Assembly (NCBI GenBank): GCA_041666205.1 | Contig: JBAYHI010000003.1 | Coordinates: 13,215-77,214 of the forward strand | Source: Patescibacteria group bacterium | GTDB lineage: Bacteria; Patescibacteriota; Patescibacteriia; UBA9934 | Direction of reading: 5' to 3' | Length of the DNA: 64,000 nucleotides | In this document: in pieces, positions 38,092 to 48,096 of the stretch | Layout of the letters: each line of letters opens with the position of its first letter | How positions within the stretch are numbered: position 1 is the first letter of the stretch | The notes under the pieces: model-generated | The model's database searches: none | Seen by the model: the letters and a program-made list of their open reading frames with translations, nothing else | What the model was told of the DNA's origin: nothing | Program-made: the position numbers and the translations under genes

Positions 38092-39576
38092 ATGCCTCAA
38101 ATCGGACAATACGGCAAACATCGGTTCTGGGAAATCATTCCCGGACTTTTGATATGGACCACGTTTTTCTTGGCAATTTTTTGTTCGTTTTTTGTGCCAA
38201 TCGCTGCGGTCATCTTCATTCTGGTGTTTGATTTGTATTGGACCATGCGTGTAATTTATTTTATCGTGCATGTCTTTGCGTCCTATAAAGAATATCGTCG
38301 AGTCCTCCGGACAAATTGGCAAGAAGAGGTGAAAGAAATTCCAACTTGGGAGCGCATCTATCATTTGGTGATGCTCCCAACGTATAAAGAAGATATTTCG
38401 ATTTTGCGGCATTCCTTGAATGCGTTAGTGGCGAGCAATTATCGGCATGATCGATTTTTTGTCGTGCTTGGTGGGGAAGAAGGGGACTTGGAGAATTTCA
38501 TGAAGTGTAAAGAAATTCTTGAAAAAGAATTTGCAGGGAAATTTTCAGAGCTTATGTTTACCGTACACCCGCGTGGATTGGGTGACGAAATTCCGGGAAA
38601 AGGATCGAATTTGCACTGGATGGCGACCCAGGTTCAGAAGCGCATTGATAAGCTGGGAATTCCCTACGAAGATATTGTGGTCTCAGCGTTTGATGTGGAT
38701 ACGATTGCGCACCCACAGTATTTTGCGCGTCTTTCATGGCTGTATCTTACGGTTCCCAATGCCATGCATTCGTCGTATCAACCGCTCAATCTTTTTTCAA
38801 ATAATATTTGGTATGCCACGGCACCGGTGCGCGTTTCCGCGTTTGGAACCACATTTTGGCTTCTCACGGATTTGGTGCGCCCGGAACGCTTGTGGACATT
38901 TTCCTCACATTCCATGCCATGGAAAATGCTCGTGGACGTGGGATTTTGGGAAACGAATATGGTTTCAGAGGATTCACGCATCTTTATGCAGGGCTTCATT
39001 CGTTACAATGGCGATTACCGCGTGACATCGATGTTTTTGCCCGTGCATATGGATGCGGTTGAGGGCGATGGGTATTGGGATAGTTTGAAAGCACTTTATA
39101 AGCAACAGCGACGTTGGGCGTGGGGCGTGGAGCATTTTCCCTATATGCTCGAGAAGTTCCGCGGAAATAAACTGATCCCACGACATCTCAAATGGAAATT
39201 CATTTTCAATCACATGGAAGGGATGTATACGTGGGCCACGGCTCCGCTTCTCATTTTTATTCTCGGGTATTTGCCGTTTTATGTGCATAGCGGTTCGGGT
39301 GCCACCGCGCTTTTCACAAATTCGCCGTTTACGTTGGAGCTCATGATGCAGGTTGCAACCGTTGGCGTATTCGTTTCAGGATTTTTTAGTTTCCTCTTCT
39401 TGCCATCTCGTCCGCAAGATATTCGCCCGTGGACCTGGCTTATTATGGTCCTCCAGTGGGTGATGCTCCCGGTCACATTCATCCTTTTTGGGGCATTTCC
39501 CGCAATCGATGCGCAAACCCGCATGATGCTTGGCAAATATCTGGGGTTCAATGTCACCAAAAAAATCGCGAAATAA
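38092..39576 (+). CDS. Processive GT2 glycosyltransferase (cellulose/chitin-synthase-like), integral membrane
   Basis: DxD 'SAFDVDT', 'VSEDSRIF' (ED) and 'YKQQRRWAWG' (QxxRW). Multiple TM helices at both ends. ATG at 38092 after the ftsX stop. Confidence 0.75.
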   Translation: MPQIGQYGKHRFWEIIPGLLIWTTFFLAIFCSFFVPIAAVIFILVFDLYWTMRVIYFIVHVFASYKEYRRVLRTNWQEEVKEIPTWERIYHLVMLPTYKEDISILRHSLNALVASNYRHDRFFVVLGGEEGDLENFMKCKEILEKEFAGKFSELMFTVHPRGLGDEIPGKGSNLHWMATQVQKRIDKLGIPYEDIVVSAFDVDTIAHPQYFARLSWLYLTVPNAMHSSYQPLNLFSNNIWYATAPVRVSAFGTTFWLLTDLVRPERLWTFSSHSMPWKMLVDVGFWETNMVSEDSRIFMQGFIRYNGDYRVTSMFLPVHMDAVEGDGYWDSLKALYKQQRRWAWGVEHFPYMLEKFRGNKLIPRHLKWKFIFNHMEGMYTWATAPLLIFILGYLPFYVHSGSGATALFTNSPFTLELMMQVATVGVFVSGFFSFLFLPSRPQDIRPWTWLIMVLQWVMLPVTFILFGAFPAIDAQTRMMLGKYLGFNVTKKIAK

Positions 39577-39614
39577 TTTTTGACCGCAATATCCCTTAGG
39601 GGTAAGCTCTGCCT

Positions 39615-40655
39615 ATGAAGGTTTATTGCCATCTCTTGACGTGGAATGATCACCGGTATTTGCCGGAGTTATTTGCGTCTTTTGATGCGCAAACGTATCG
39701 TGATTTTTCGGTTCGTGTGCTCGATAATGGGAGTAATGATAAGACCGTGGAATACCTTCAAACGCACGTTCCGCAAACGCTTGTGGGGCATAATGTCCGA
39801 AATCTCGGATTTGCCGAAGGTCATAATCAGCTTGTGCGGTTTACGCTTGAACACGAAATTGGTTCAGAGATCGATCCATGTATTTTGATCATGAACTCTG
39901 ACATGATCTTGCACAAAGATGCCATAAAAAATATGGTTGAAGCGCTCGATGCACATCCAGAATGGAGCGCGGTTCAACCAAAAGTTTATCGCGCGTTCGG
40001 CGAACATACAGGCGATGAGTCGCTCAAGGAAACCGTTCTTTCGGATATTTTAGATACGACTGGTCTTCGCGTGCAGAAGGGCTGGCGCATGACTGATCGG
40101 GGTGCTGGCGAAATGGATAGCGGGCAATACGATTCTCACATTGAACTATTCGGGCCCGCAGGCGCAATTTTCATGATTCGCCTTTCTGCGCTCAAGGAAT
40201 TATTTGTGAATGCGGAATTATTTGATCGTGAATTTTTTGCGTATCGAGAAGATTGCGATTTGGCTTGGCGTATGGCAGGCAAACGTCTGAAAACCGGTTT
40301 TGTGCCAAGTGCCACGCTTCATCACTATCGAGGGATGTATGGCGCAGAGCGCTTGTCGTTTTGGAAGCGTTTGCGCAATCGCCAAGGGCAACGTCCATTT
40401 TTTGCAGCACTTTCCACACGAAATCAACTCTTTCTGCTCCTCAAGAACTTATCGTTTGGAGATTTGTGTTTGGCACTACCATGGATTGTATGGAACGAAG
40501 GCATTCGCGTTGGCTATGGATTTCTCTTTGAACCAGAAACGCGACGATGTCTTTTGGGCATGTGGAAGGCGGTGGGGTCTATGATGGCAAAACGAAAAAC
40601 GATCCTTGCAACACGTATTGCCACCGGAGGGGAATTACGATCTTATGTCGTGTGA
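39615..40655 (+). CDS. Glycosyltransferase family 2
   Basis: 'SVRVLDNGSNDKT' and 'FAYREDCDLAWR' are GT2_A motifs. Confidence 0.8.
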   Translation: MKVYCHLLTWNDHRYLPELFASFDAQTYRDFSVRVLDNGSNDKTVEYLQTHVPQTLVGHNVRNLGFAEGHNQLVRFTLEHEIGSEIDPCILIMNSDMILHKDAIKNMVEALDAHPEWSAVQPKVYRAFGEHTGDESLKETVLSDILDTTGLRVQKGWRMTDRGAGEMDSGQYDSHIELFGPAGAIFMIRLSALKELFVNAELFDREFFAYREDCDLAWRMAGKRLKTGFVPSATLHHYRGMYGAERLSFWKRLRNRQGQRPFFAALSTRNQLFLLLKNLSFGDLCLALPWIVWNEGIRVGYGFLFEPETRRCLLGMWKAVGSMMAKRKTILATRIATGGELRSYVV

Positions 40656-41514
40656 TGTTTCTATTTTAATTGTCCAAACCTTCGAGGTCCGAAAGGTGCG
40701 TCAAACCATTCGGAATATTTATCGTGCTGCGCCACAGGTTTCGTTTGAGATTATCGTCATCGATAATAATCCGGCTGCGGGGATGCATGCGATTCTTGAA
40801 AAAGAATTTCCACATGTGCGCTATATTGCGCTCGATCGCAATAAGGGATTCGGCGGAGGAATGAACGAGGGGATTCGAATTGCCAATGGTCGATACATTT
40901 TGGTGTTCAACCCCGATATTGTTGTGGAAGCGCAATCTTTGGAAACGCTCACCCGTTTTATGGATGCACACCCAGATGTAGGTGTTGTGGGACCAAAACT
41001 TGTGAATCCCAATGGGAGCTTGCAGTTTTCTTGCTATCGATTGCCTCCACTGCTTTGGCCAGTGTATCGACGGACGCCGTTGGGAAAAACTGCGGTTGGC
41101 AAGCAGGTGATTGAAGAATATCTCATGACAGCTAACCCACATGCGGAAACGCAAGACGTGGATGCACTCATTGGCGCTGCGCTTTTTTGTCGACGCACAG
41201 ATTTGCAGGCAATCGGCTTGTTCGACGAGCGCTTTTTCATGTATTATGAGGACAATGATTTGTGCCGGCGGTTCTGGGAACGTGGCAAGCGCGTGGTGTA
41301 TTTACCGTCCGCATCCATGATCCATTATCATCGTCGCGCATCAGCAGATGGATCGCTATTGCAGCAATGTTTTTCGCGCTTCACCTGGATTCAGATTGCA
41401 AGTTTCGTGCGGTATATGCAAAAATACTTCCGCGCGCCAAACCCCCGACTTACGTATTTCGCATTTCATGGAGGAACCCATCAACCCACCAATGCCCCCT
41501 CAGAACGATCCTGA
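40645..41514 (+). CDS. Glycosyltransferase family 2
   Basis: 'EIIVIDNNPAAG', 'FNPDIVV' and 'FMYYEDNDLCRR'. Overlaps the upstream gene by 11 nt. Confidence 0.8.
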   Translation: MSCDVSILIVQTFEVRKVRQTIRNIYRAAPQVSFEIIVIDNNPAAGMHAILEKEFPHVRYIALDRNKGFGGGMNEGIRIANGRYILVFNPDIVVEAQSLETLTRFMDAHPDVGVVGPKLVNPNGSLQFSCYRLPPLLWPVYRRTPLGKTAVGKQVIEEYLMTANPHAETQDVDALIGAALFCRRTDLQAIGLFDERFFMYYEDNDLCRRFWERGKRVVYLPSASMIHYHRRASADGSLLQQCFSRFTWIQIASFVRYMQKYFRAPNPRLTYFAFHGGTHQPTNAPSERS

Positions 41515-43744
41515 TTTTCCCGATAAGTTTCAGGCGATTTTTGGTGTTCCAAAAACGTCTCCGTCCGCACCTGCATCGCCGCCTGTTTATACCGATCGAC
41601 TTCAAGAAGCACTCACGCAGACATTCCCGGAAGATACGCAACCGGTCATTGTTCCCGTTGAACCCTCTCGAGCGGTGGCGGAAGAAATTCCTCCGGTGGT
41701 GTCGGGTGATTTTTTGATTACTCCGCCCGAAGTACCGGGCGTTTTTGCGCCTCCGTTTCAAACCGAGAGCGCGCCCATTTTTGGCATTGAGCATACCCTG
41801 CACGGCGAAGATGAAATATTCGCACCCGCGCCGCTGCCACGACGAAAAACGCATTGGCTGCGGAAATTGGCGTTTGCCTGTTTTATTGCGTTTTTGGGAA
41901 TGAATGTAGCTGGGGTGGCCCTATTGGGAAGTGGGTTTTATGCGGCCAAGCAAGATGTTGACCGCATGTTTGAGTCGGTGAGCGCTTTGCAAATTGACGA
42001 TGCAGTTGAGGATCTTGCGGCAGTACGCGATGATTTTGCCCGTGCACGCAATGGCGCATATCTTTTGCAATGGGCGCGCCCAATCCCTTGGGTGGGTGAT
42101 CAAATCGAGGGCGCTGGTACGCTCCTTGTTGTTGCCGTGCAAACGCTCGATGTGCTCGAGCAAGCCGGCACCTTAGCCCAAGACCTCTATCACATCGTGA
42201 CGGACGCAGAAATTATTGCCGACGATGGCACCATTGTGACCGACATTACGTTTGAGGATATTCCAGATCGCACAAAAGAAGAGTTATTTCGAACACTTGC
42301 GTTGGCATCGCCTGATTTGTACGAACTGCGATCCAAAGTCCATTTAGCGCAAACGCGCATGACGTCGCTTGATCGGCTTTCTGTGCATCCACTTCTTGCA
42401 AGCGGATCAGAAGAATTGAATTCGATTTTGGTGCAGTTGTCGCAAGGCATTGATTTTTTGGTGCCATTTGCTTCCACAGTTGGGGAATTGGCAGGCGTCG
42501 GAGAAGATCGCCAGTGGCTCGTTTTATTCCTCAACAATACGGAGCTTCGTCCTGGCGGAGGTTTTATTGGCGTCTATGGGCTCCTCACGATGCGCGATGG
42601 GTCAATCGTGAATATGGTGACCGATGATAGTTACGCCATCGACAAACTGGTAGAGGGCAATCCTGCGTACTCGGTAACGCCACCAAAACCATTTCAGGAA
42701 TACATGATTTTGAAAAATTGGTACTTCCGCGACAGTAATTGGTCGCCGGATTTTCCGTCCTCATCTGAAAATGTGGTTCGCATGATGCAAAATGAGTTTA
42801 AGGTTGCAGGCCAACCATCTCCGGCAATCGACGGCGTGATTGGATTTACTCCGGATTTGGCAGAAGATATGCTTGGGATTATTGGCCCTGTGACAGTGGA
42901 TGGGTTTACATTCACGCACGACAATGTAACCGCCCAGCTTGAGGAATTGGTGGAATTTTATTATGCGGGGATTGGGGTGCCAAAAGAAGAGCGAAAGGAA
43001 ATCGTTGGGGATTTAACAGATGCAGTTTTGGCAAAGGTATTGGCGTCAGACTTGGACGTCTGGCAAGAAATACTTGTGATGATTGAAACAAAATTCCGTG
43101 AAAAGCACATTGCGCTTTATTCATTCGATGAGAAAACTCAAACGGCGTTTGATGATTTTGGTTGGGCAGGCTCTGTGGATTCAGGGGTTGGGGACGACAA
43201 ACTAATGCTTGTAGACGCAAATATTGCGGCCTTAAAAACCGATTTAGTGGTTGATCGAAAAATCGATTACGCCATCACAAAAGAAGGAAGTGATTATGAA
43301 GGTCATGCGACGGTTACGTATACCAATACCGGAACCTATACAAAAACCACGGGGATGTATCGCACGTTTATGCGTCTTTATGTTCCAAAAGGAAGCGAAT
43401 TTTTATCCTACGATGGCGATGTCTTTGGGATGGAAATTGAAGAAGACCTTGGGCTGTTAAGTATTGGCGGATATATTGAGGTAAAACCCGGGCAAACCGC
43501 TTCCGTCACTTACCATTATCGTTTGCCAGAATCTGTGAACGAAGCGGTGCAAAACGGCGTCTATCAATTAGCAGTTTGGAAACAAATGGGATCAAAAAAT
43601 CACGCGTTGACGCTTGACCTTGATTTTGGTAAGAACATACGTACAGCTCTGCCTGCAGAAGAGAAAGAAAACTGGGGAAATACCCAGTATGAAATCACTA
43701 CAACCATCCCGGAAAATCTTCTGTTCACAGTAGAGTTCAATTAA
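41468..43744 (+). CDS. DUF4012-domain protein with N-terminal Pro-rich region and TM anchor (cell-envelope glycan-associated)
   Basis: 'LFLNNTELRPGGGFIGVYGLLTMRDG' is the DUF4012 hallmark. Start uncertain (41468 or 41489). Confidence 0.65.
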   Translation: MEEPINPPMPPQNDPDFPDKFQAIFGVPKTSPSAPASPPVYTDRLQEALTQTFPEDTQPVIVPVEPSRAVAEEIPPVVSGDFLITPPEVPGVFAPPFQTESAPIFGIEHTLHGEDEIFAPAPLPRRKTHWLRKLAFACFIAFLGMNVAGVALLGSGFYAAKQDVDRMFESVSALQIDDAVEDLAAVRDDFARARNGAYLLQWARPIPWVGDQIEGAGTLLVVAVQTLDVLEQAGTLAQDLYHIVTDAEIIADDGTIVTDITFEDIPDRTKEELFRTLALASPDLYELRSKVHLAQTRMTSLDRLSVHPLLASGSEELNSILVQLSQGIDFLVPFASTVGELAGVGEDRQWLVLFLNNTELRPGGGFIGVYGLLTMRDGSIVNMVTDDSYAIDKLVEGNPAYSVTPPKPFQEYMILKNWYFRDSNWSPDFPSSSENVVRMMQNEFKVAGQPSPAIDGVIGFTPDLAEDMLGIIGPVTVDGFTFTHDNVTAQLEELVEFYYAGIGVPKEERKEIVGDLTDAVLAKVLASDLDVWQEILVMIETKFREKHIALYSFDEKTQTAFDDFGWAGSVDSGVGDDKLMLVDANIAALKTDLVVDRKIDYAITKEGSDYEGHATVTYTNTGTYTKTTGMYRTFMRLYVPKGSEFLSYDGDVFGMEIEEDLGLLSIGGYIEVKPGQTASVTYHYRLPESVNEAVQNGVYQLAVWKQMGSKNHALTLDLDFGKNIRTALPAEEKENWGNTQYEITTTIPENLLFTVEFN

Positions 43745-43753
43745 ACTGGCCTC

Positions 43754-44758
43754 ATGTTTTCAAAAAAGATTGGAATCGATCTTGGCACCACCACGGTGCT
43801 TGTGTATTTGCCAAAGCGTGGGATTATCATCAACGAGCCATCGGTGGTTGCGGTTTCGCGTTTGGATAAAAAAGTGCTTGCGGTAGGGAAAGAGGCAAAA
43901 GACATGCTTGGCCGTACGCCAGATTCCATCATTGCTCGCCGGCCTCTCAAAGATGGCGTGATTGCTGACTATCGCACCACCGAAGCCATGCTTCGCTATT
44001 TCATCAATAAAGCCCTTGGTGGCATGCGCATTTTTCGCCCAGAAGTGATGGTTGCCGTTCCTGGCGGGATTACCTCAACAGAACGACGCGCCGTGATTGA
44101 CGCTACGCTTTCTGCTGGTGCTAAAGCCGCCTACATCATCAAACAGCCAATTGTTGCCGCAATCGGTGCAAATATTCCAATCGGAAGCCCATCGGGCCAT
44201 ATGATTGTGGAAATTGGTGGGGGCACAACTGAGATGGCTGTTATTTCGCTTGGCGGCATTGTGACCTCGGATTCTGTGCGTATTGGTGGCGTGAAATTTG
44301 ATCAAGCTATCATGGAGCATATTCGAAAGACGTACAATTTGGCTATTGGCGAGCGCACGGCTGAAGAAATCAAGATTCGCGTTGGGTCTGCGATGTATTT
44401 GGAGGATAAGCTCACTACGGAAATCAAGGGGCGCGATATGATTACAGGCTTGCCAAAGATCGTTGAGGTGAGTTCTGACGATGTGACTGAGGCCATTAAG
44501 ACACTGTTGGAAGGAATACTCACCACAATCAAAGAAGTCTTATTTAAAACTCCACCGGAGCTCTCGGCTGATGTCATGGACAAGGGAATTGTGATTTCCG
44601 GCGGAAGCGCCCAGCTTCGAAATTTGGACCGATTGATTGCCGAGTCAACGGGCGTTGCCACCTATTGCGCCGACGATCCACAGATGTGCGTGGCTCGTGG
44701 CACGGGCATGGCAATTGAAAACCTTGATGCTTATAAACGAAGCGTATTCACTCAATAA
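43754..44758 (+). CDS. mreB: Rod shape-determining protein MreB
   Basis: 'IGIDLGTTTVLVY', 'DGVIADY' and 'VEIGGGTTEMAVIS' are actin-fold motifs. Confidence 0.93.
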   Translation: MFSKKIGIDLGTTTVLVYLPKRGIIINEPSVVAVSRLDKKVLAVGKEAKDMLGRTPDSIIARRPLKDGVIADYRTTEAMLRYFINKALGGMRIFRPEVMVAVPGGITSTERRAVIDATLSAGAKAAYIIKQPIVAAIGANIPIGSPSGHMIVEIGGGTTEMAVISLGGIVTSDSVRIGGVKFDQAIMEHIRKTYNLAIGERTAEEIKIRVGSAMYLEDKLTTEIKGRDMITGLPKIVEVSSDDVTEAIKTLLEGILTTIKEVLFKTPPELSADVMDKGIVISGGSAQLRNLDRLIAESTGVATYCADDPQMCVARGTGMAIENLDAYKRSVFTQ

Positions 44759-44759
44759 T

Positions 44760-45884
44760 ATGAAAACATACGGGATCGATGTGAATGCTTTGACCCGGGC
44801 GCGTAAAACTGGAACAGAGCGCTATGTTTTCGAGCTTTTAAAAGAAATGATAAAAACACCGCTTCAAAATGAAGAGCGGGTTGTTTTGTATTCAAGCGCG
44901 CTAATCCCAGAGCTTGGCACGCTCCCAAATGGATGGATCCTCAAGATTCTCGATTGGAAGCTCAAAAAAGCGTGGACTCACGCTCGACTTAGCTGGGAAC
45001 TTCTTACACGAACACCAGATGTATTTTTTAGTCCCGCGCATGAGATTCCGCTTTTTCACCGACGAACAAAATTTGTATCCACCGTGCATGATGTTGCATT
45101 TCGGATTGTGCCTGAGGTTTATTCCAAGAAGAGCGTGAAGCGGCAGGAATGGGCGGTTGCTCGTGCACTCAAGCTCGACCAGAAAATCATCACGATTTCT
45201 GAAACGTCCAAAAACGATTTGGTGAATCTGTATCATGTGGCACCAGAGCGTATTGCCATCACGCCTCTGGCCGTGCATCCGGAAGCATTTGCAACGGTCG
45301 AGGCCGATAAACAAAACGTTTTGGATAAATATCGCCTCAATGCCGGTCTTTATTTTGTAACGGTTGGGCGCGTTGAGAAAAAGAAAAATATTCCGTTTCT
45401 TTTGAGCACATTTGAAGCGTTTAAGCGTGATCGTGGCATTGGCGACCCATATCAACTGGTGCTTGCCGGCACATTTGGGGAAGATGCAAAGGAAATTCAA
45501 GCACAAATCGAAAAATTAGTATGCAAAGATGTTGTGCGCGTTTTGGGATATGTTCCCGACGCAGAATTGCCAGGGCTTCTGGCTGGTGCCGTCGCTTACG
45601 TTTTTCCAACACGTTACGAAGGATTTGGCATTCCAGCACTCGAGGCAATGGCTTCGCGCATTCCACTTATCGCGTCCGATATTCCGGCGCTTCGTGAAGT
45701 TGCGGGGGATGCAGCCCTTTTTGCAGGAGTTGAGGATGCTGGGGCGTGGATTGAAGCGATGCAAAAAATTGTCGATAATGAATCGCTTCGCGCGGATTTG
45801 GTACTAAAGGGTGCACAGCGTTTGCATGACTTTTCTTGGGTAGAGACGGCAAAAAAGACGTGGGAGGTGTTGCGAAGTGTGTAG
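44760..45884 (+). CDS. Glycosyltransferase family 4
   Basis: C-terminal 'EGFGIPALEAMASRIPLIASD' E-x7-E motif. ATG at 44760, 2 nt after the mreB stop. Confidence 0.8.
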   Translation: MKTYGIDVNALTRARKTGTERYVFELLKEMIKTPLQNEERVVLYSSALIPELGTLPNGWILKILDWKLKKAWTHARLSWELLTRTPDVFFSPAHEIPLFHRRTKFVSTVHDVAFRIVPEVYSKKSVKRQEWAVARALKLDQKIITISETSKNDLVNLYHVAPERIAITPLAVHPEAFATVEADKQNVLDKYRLNAGLYFVTVGRVEKKKNIPFLLSTFEAFKRDRGIGDPYQLVLAGTFGEDAKEIQAQIEKLVCKDVVRVLGYVPDAELPGLLAGAVAYVFPTRYEGFGIPALEAMASRIPLIASDIPALREVAGDAALFAGVEDAGAWIEAMQKIVDNESLRADLVLKGAQRLHDFSWVETAKKTWEVLRSV

Positions 45885-46656
45885 TATGCGCGATCTCGTT
45901 CACGATTTAGTTCGACTTGGATTTTCTGAAAAAGAAGCCGAAGGCTATGTGGCGCTTTTATCTTTAGGGAAAGCACCGGTGCAGGTGATTGCGCAGAAAA
46001 CCGGAATCAATCGGGCGAGTGTTTACCATGTGCTCGATGCCTTGGTGAAAAAAGGATTAGCAATCGTGTCAGTCGAGCATGGAGAAAAAATGTATTCAGC
46101 CGAACCGCCGGCTCGTTTGATTACGCATTTGAGCATTCAAATGCAAGAGCTCGAAGAACGTCGACGCCTGGCAGACGGGCTCATGATGCGTTTGCAGGTT
46201 TTTTACAATACAAGCGGAACCAAGCCAAAGATTTCGTATATTGAGTCGGTGGATGGACTTCGAATGCTTCAGCGGGAATATGAGGAAATGGGGGAGGACA
46301 TGATTCAAATTGTTGGCTACGATGCATTTTTGGCGCTTCGCGATACGTCAGCATCTAAGATTCACCAAAAAGAATTGGCGCGTCAGCATCGACGTGTACG
46401 ATCAATTATTGTGACAGACCGCAAGGTTGAGTTCCCAGATTTTCCGGAAATGGAAATTGTGGTGATTCCAAAAGGCGTTGTTGAAATTGATGGGGAAATG
46501 ACGGTTTGTGGCGACCGGCTTGTGATGTTTTCGTATGCGTCCGGGATTATCGCCGTTGAAATCAAATCAAAAACAATTGCAAATACAGCAAAAGCAACGC
46601 TTGAGCTCGCTTGGAAAGAGGCAAAACGCTTCGATTCTGTACGGGCAGGTCTGTGA
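45877..46656 (+). CDS. TrmB-family transcriptional regulator (HTH + sugar-binding-like domain)
   Basis: 'LGFSEKEAEGYVALLSLGKAPVQVIAQKTGINRASVYHVLDALVKKGL' is a TrmB HTH. GTG start at 45877 with GGAGGT 9 nt upstream; alternative ATG at 45886. The 3' end is overlapped by a REP hairpin. Confidence 0.7.
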   Translation: MCSMRDLVHDLVRLGFSEKEAEGYVALLSLGKAPVQVIAQKTGINRASVYHVLDALVKKGLAIVSVEHGEKMYSAEPPARLITHLSIQMQELEERRRLADGLMMRLQVFYNTSGTKPKISYIESVDGLRMLQREYEEMGEDMIQIVGYDAFLALRDTSASKIHQKELARQHRRVRSIIVTDRKVEFPDFPEMEIVVIPKGVVEIDGEMTVCGDRLVMFSYASGIIAVEIKSKTIANTAKATLELAWKEAKRFDSVRAGL

Positions 46657-46694
46657 CCTGCCCTTTTCGTATGGGCTTGACATGCCAAGCCCAT
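46641..46694 (+). repeat. REP-like hairpin pair: 'gtacgggcaggtctgtgacctgccc' plus 'atgggcttgacatgccaagcccat'
   Basis: The 5' flank 'tcgattctgta' is identical to the flank of the REP copy inside the RAYT gene (26781..26791). The stem gggcaggtc/gacctgccc recurs at 50561. Confidence 0.7.
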
Positions 46695-46795
46695 ACGGCT
46701 CGACACTGAAACAAAAATCCGCCCCCACGATGTGAAATCATGAATGCGGATTTTCCCCCGAACCCTGCGCGGTACGCATGGTTCGGAGACGAGAA

Positions 46796-47587
46796 CTAGA
46801 GGTCGAAGTGCGAGCGCAGTGGCGGTTCTCCTTCTTCGAGCTCCTCGGTTCTTTCATCAAACGCGCAACATCCATCGGGGCGTGGTCTTGTGCTTGTTGG
46901 GATTTCCGAGGGTGGAGTTTTCGGAGGCACGAATGTAGGAAAAGCCTGATGAATCACGGCAAGCGGGATCCCAGCGAGGTGCGCCCGCGTAGCTGCACCC
47001 GAGGCATCCACGATTCCGGCCGCAGATGGCTGCGTGGCACATACCTGCAGGAGAAAACGCCCTTGTTCGTATTCTTTCGCGTAGAGATAGAGTCGGACAC
47101 GTGTGACACTCGGGCCGAATGTGAGTGCCTCGTTACCTTCGCGGTTGTTGTATTGGATCGAGACACCGCCGGTACTTCCAGTCTTGATACCTTTTTTGGC
47201 ATCTACGGCATCCATCTCCGTGGCTGCACGTTTGAAGGCGTTGAAGACCTCGGTCATGAACCCAATGGAGACAGTTCTTCCGTCAATCCATCTAGGACCC
47301 GCAGGACCTGGTCGGGCTCCGAAGCACATGCAGGCCTTGGCAAATGCCAGTAGGGCCTTGTCACGTTCCTCGAAGAAGTGTCGTACCGTACGCCCTGGAT
47401 CTTGGTAAACCCGCGCGATTCTTCTCACCTTCCCTCCAATGGGCAATATTGTCTGGATCTCAAGATTGTTTTCGAAGTTCCAAGACTGTCGAGAATACTC
47501 AAATATTTGAAAAATTGCAAGAGTTAGCCAAACAAAAAATCCGCGTTCACGATTTTCATCATAAATGCGGATTCTTCCTCGAGACAT
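46796..47587 (-). CDS. Hypothetical protein in the high-GC island (263 aa)
   Basis: ATG at 47587 preceded by GAGGT with 9-nt spacing. Resemblance to a tyrosine-recombinase catalytic-domain layout (R...K...R...H, but no C-terminal Tyr) is weak and speculative. The opposite-strand ORF has antisense-like composition. Confidence 0.45.
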   Translation of the reverse strand: MSRGRIRIYDENRERGFFVWLTLAIFQIFEYSRQSWNFENNLEIQTILPIGGKVRRIARVYQDPGRTVRHFFEERDKALLAFAKACMCFGARPGPAGPRWIDGRTVSIGFMTEVFNAFKRAATEMDAVDAKKGIKTGSTGGVSIQYNNREGNEALTFGPSVTRVRLYLYAKEYEQGRFLLQVCATQPSAAGIVDASGAATRAHLAGIPLAVIHQAFPTFVPPKTPPSEIPTSTRPRPDGCCAFDERTEELEEGEPPLRSHFDL

Positions 47588-47631
47588 GCAGTGCATACCT
47601 CAAGGACGTTTGGAACGGCTCGAGTCGAGCG

Positions 47632-48096
47632 CTAGTTCCAGTCCCAGCCGTGTTCTTCCTCGGTCATTTCCGAGAGCTCACTGATATGTCGGTTACAGCG
47701 ATGGCACTGACCGTCGCAGGTCGACTTATCGCGGTCGGACGGAACTACGAACACGAGCGTTCCGCGCAGGAACTGCTGGAAAAGACCCTTGAGGAACTGG
47801 TCGTTGTCCAGCTCGCAGGTTTCTCCGCGGTCCTTGGACTCTCTCGCGAACTTCAGCACGTCGCTGATCGAGATGTTGAGTTCCCTCATCGTGAAGACGA
47901 AGGCGTGGAACGTCTCGATGTTCATGATGGTGGACCCCAGCGAGGCCAGGGCGTCCAGCAGGTTGAACAAGCTTTGGAGCTGTTCGTCACTCGCCTCCGC
48001 GACGAAGTTGAGGCTCGTGGGTGGCTCTCGGAAGAACACTCTCATGACGCGTGCTGTATTCTGCTCAAGCTTCTTCCGCTTCTTCGGATCGAACAT
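47632..48096 (-). CDS. Hypothetical protein in the high-GC island (154 aa) with C-terminal CxxC...HxC cluster
   Basis: ATG at 48096 preceded by AAGGAGGG with 7-nt spacing. The longer ORF start at 48153 is TTG. Confidence 0.5.
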   Translation of the reverse strand: MFDPKKRKKLEQNTARVMRVFFREPPTSLNFVAEASDEQLQSLFNLLDALASLGSTIMNIETFHAFVFTMRELNISISDVLKFARESKDRGETCELDNDQFLKGLFQQFLRGTLVFVVPSDRDKSTCDGQCHRCNRHISELSEMTEEEHGWDWN

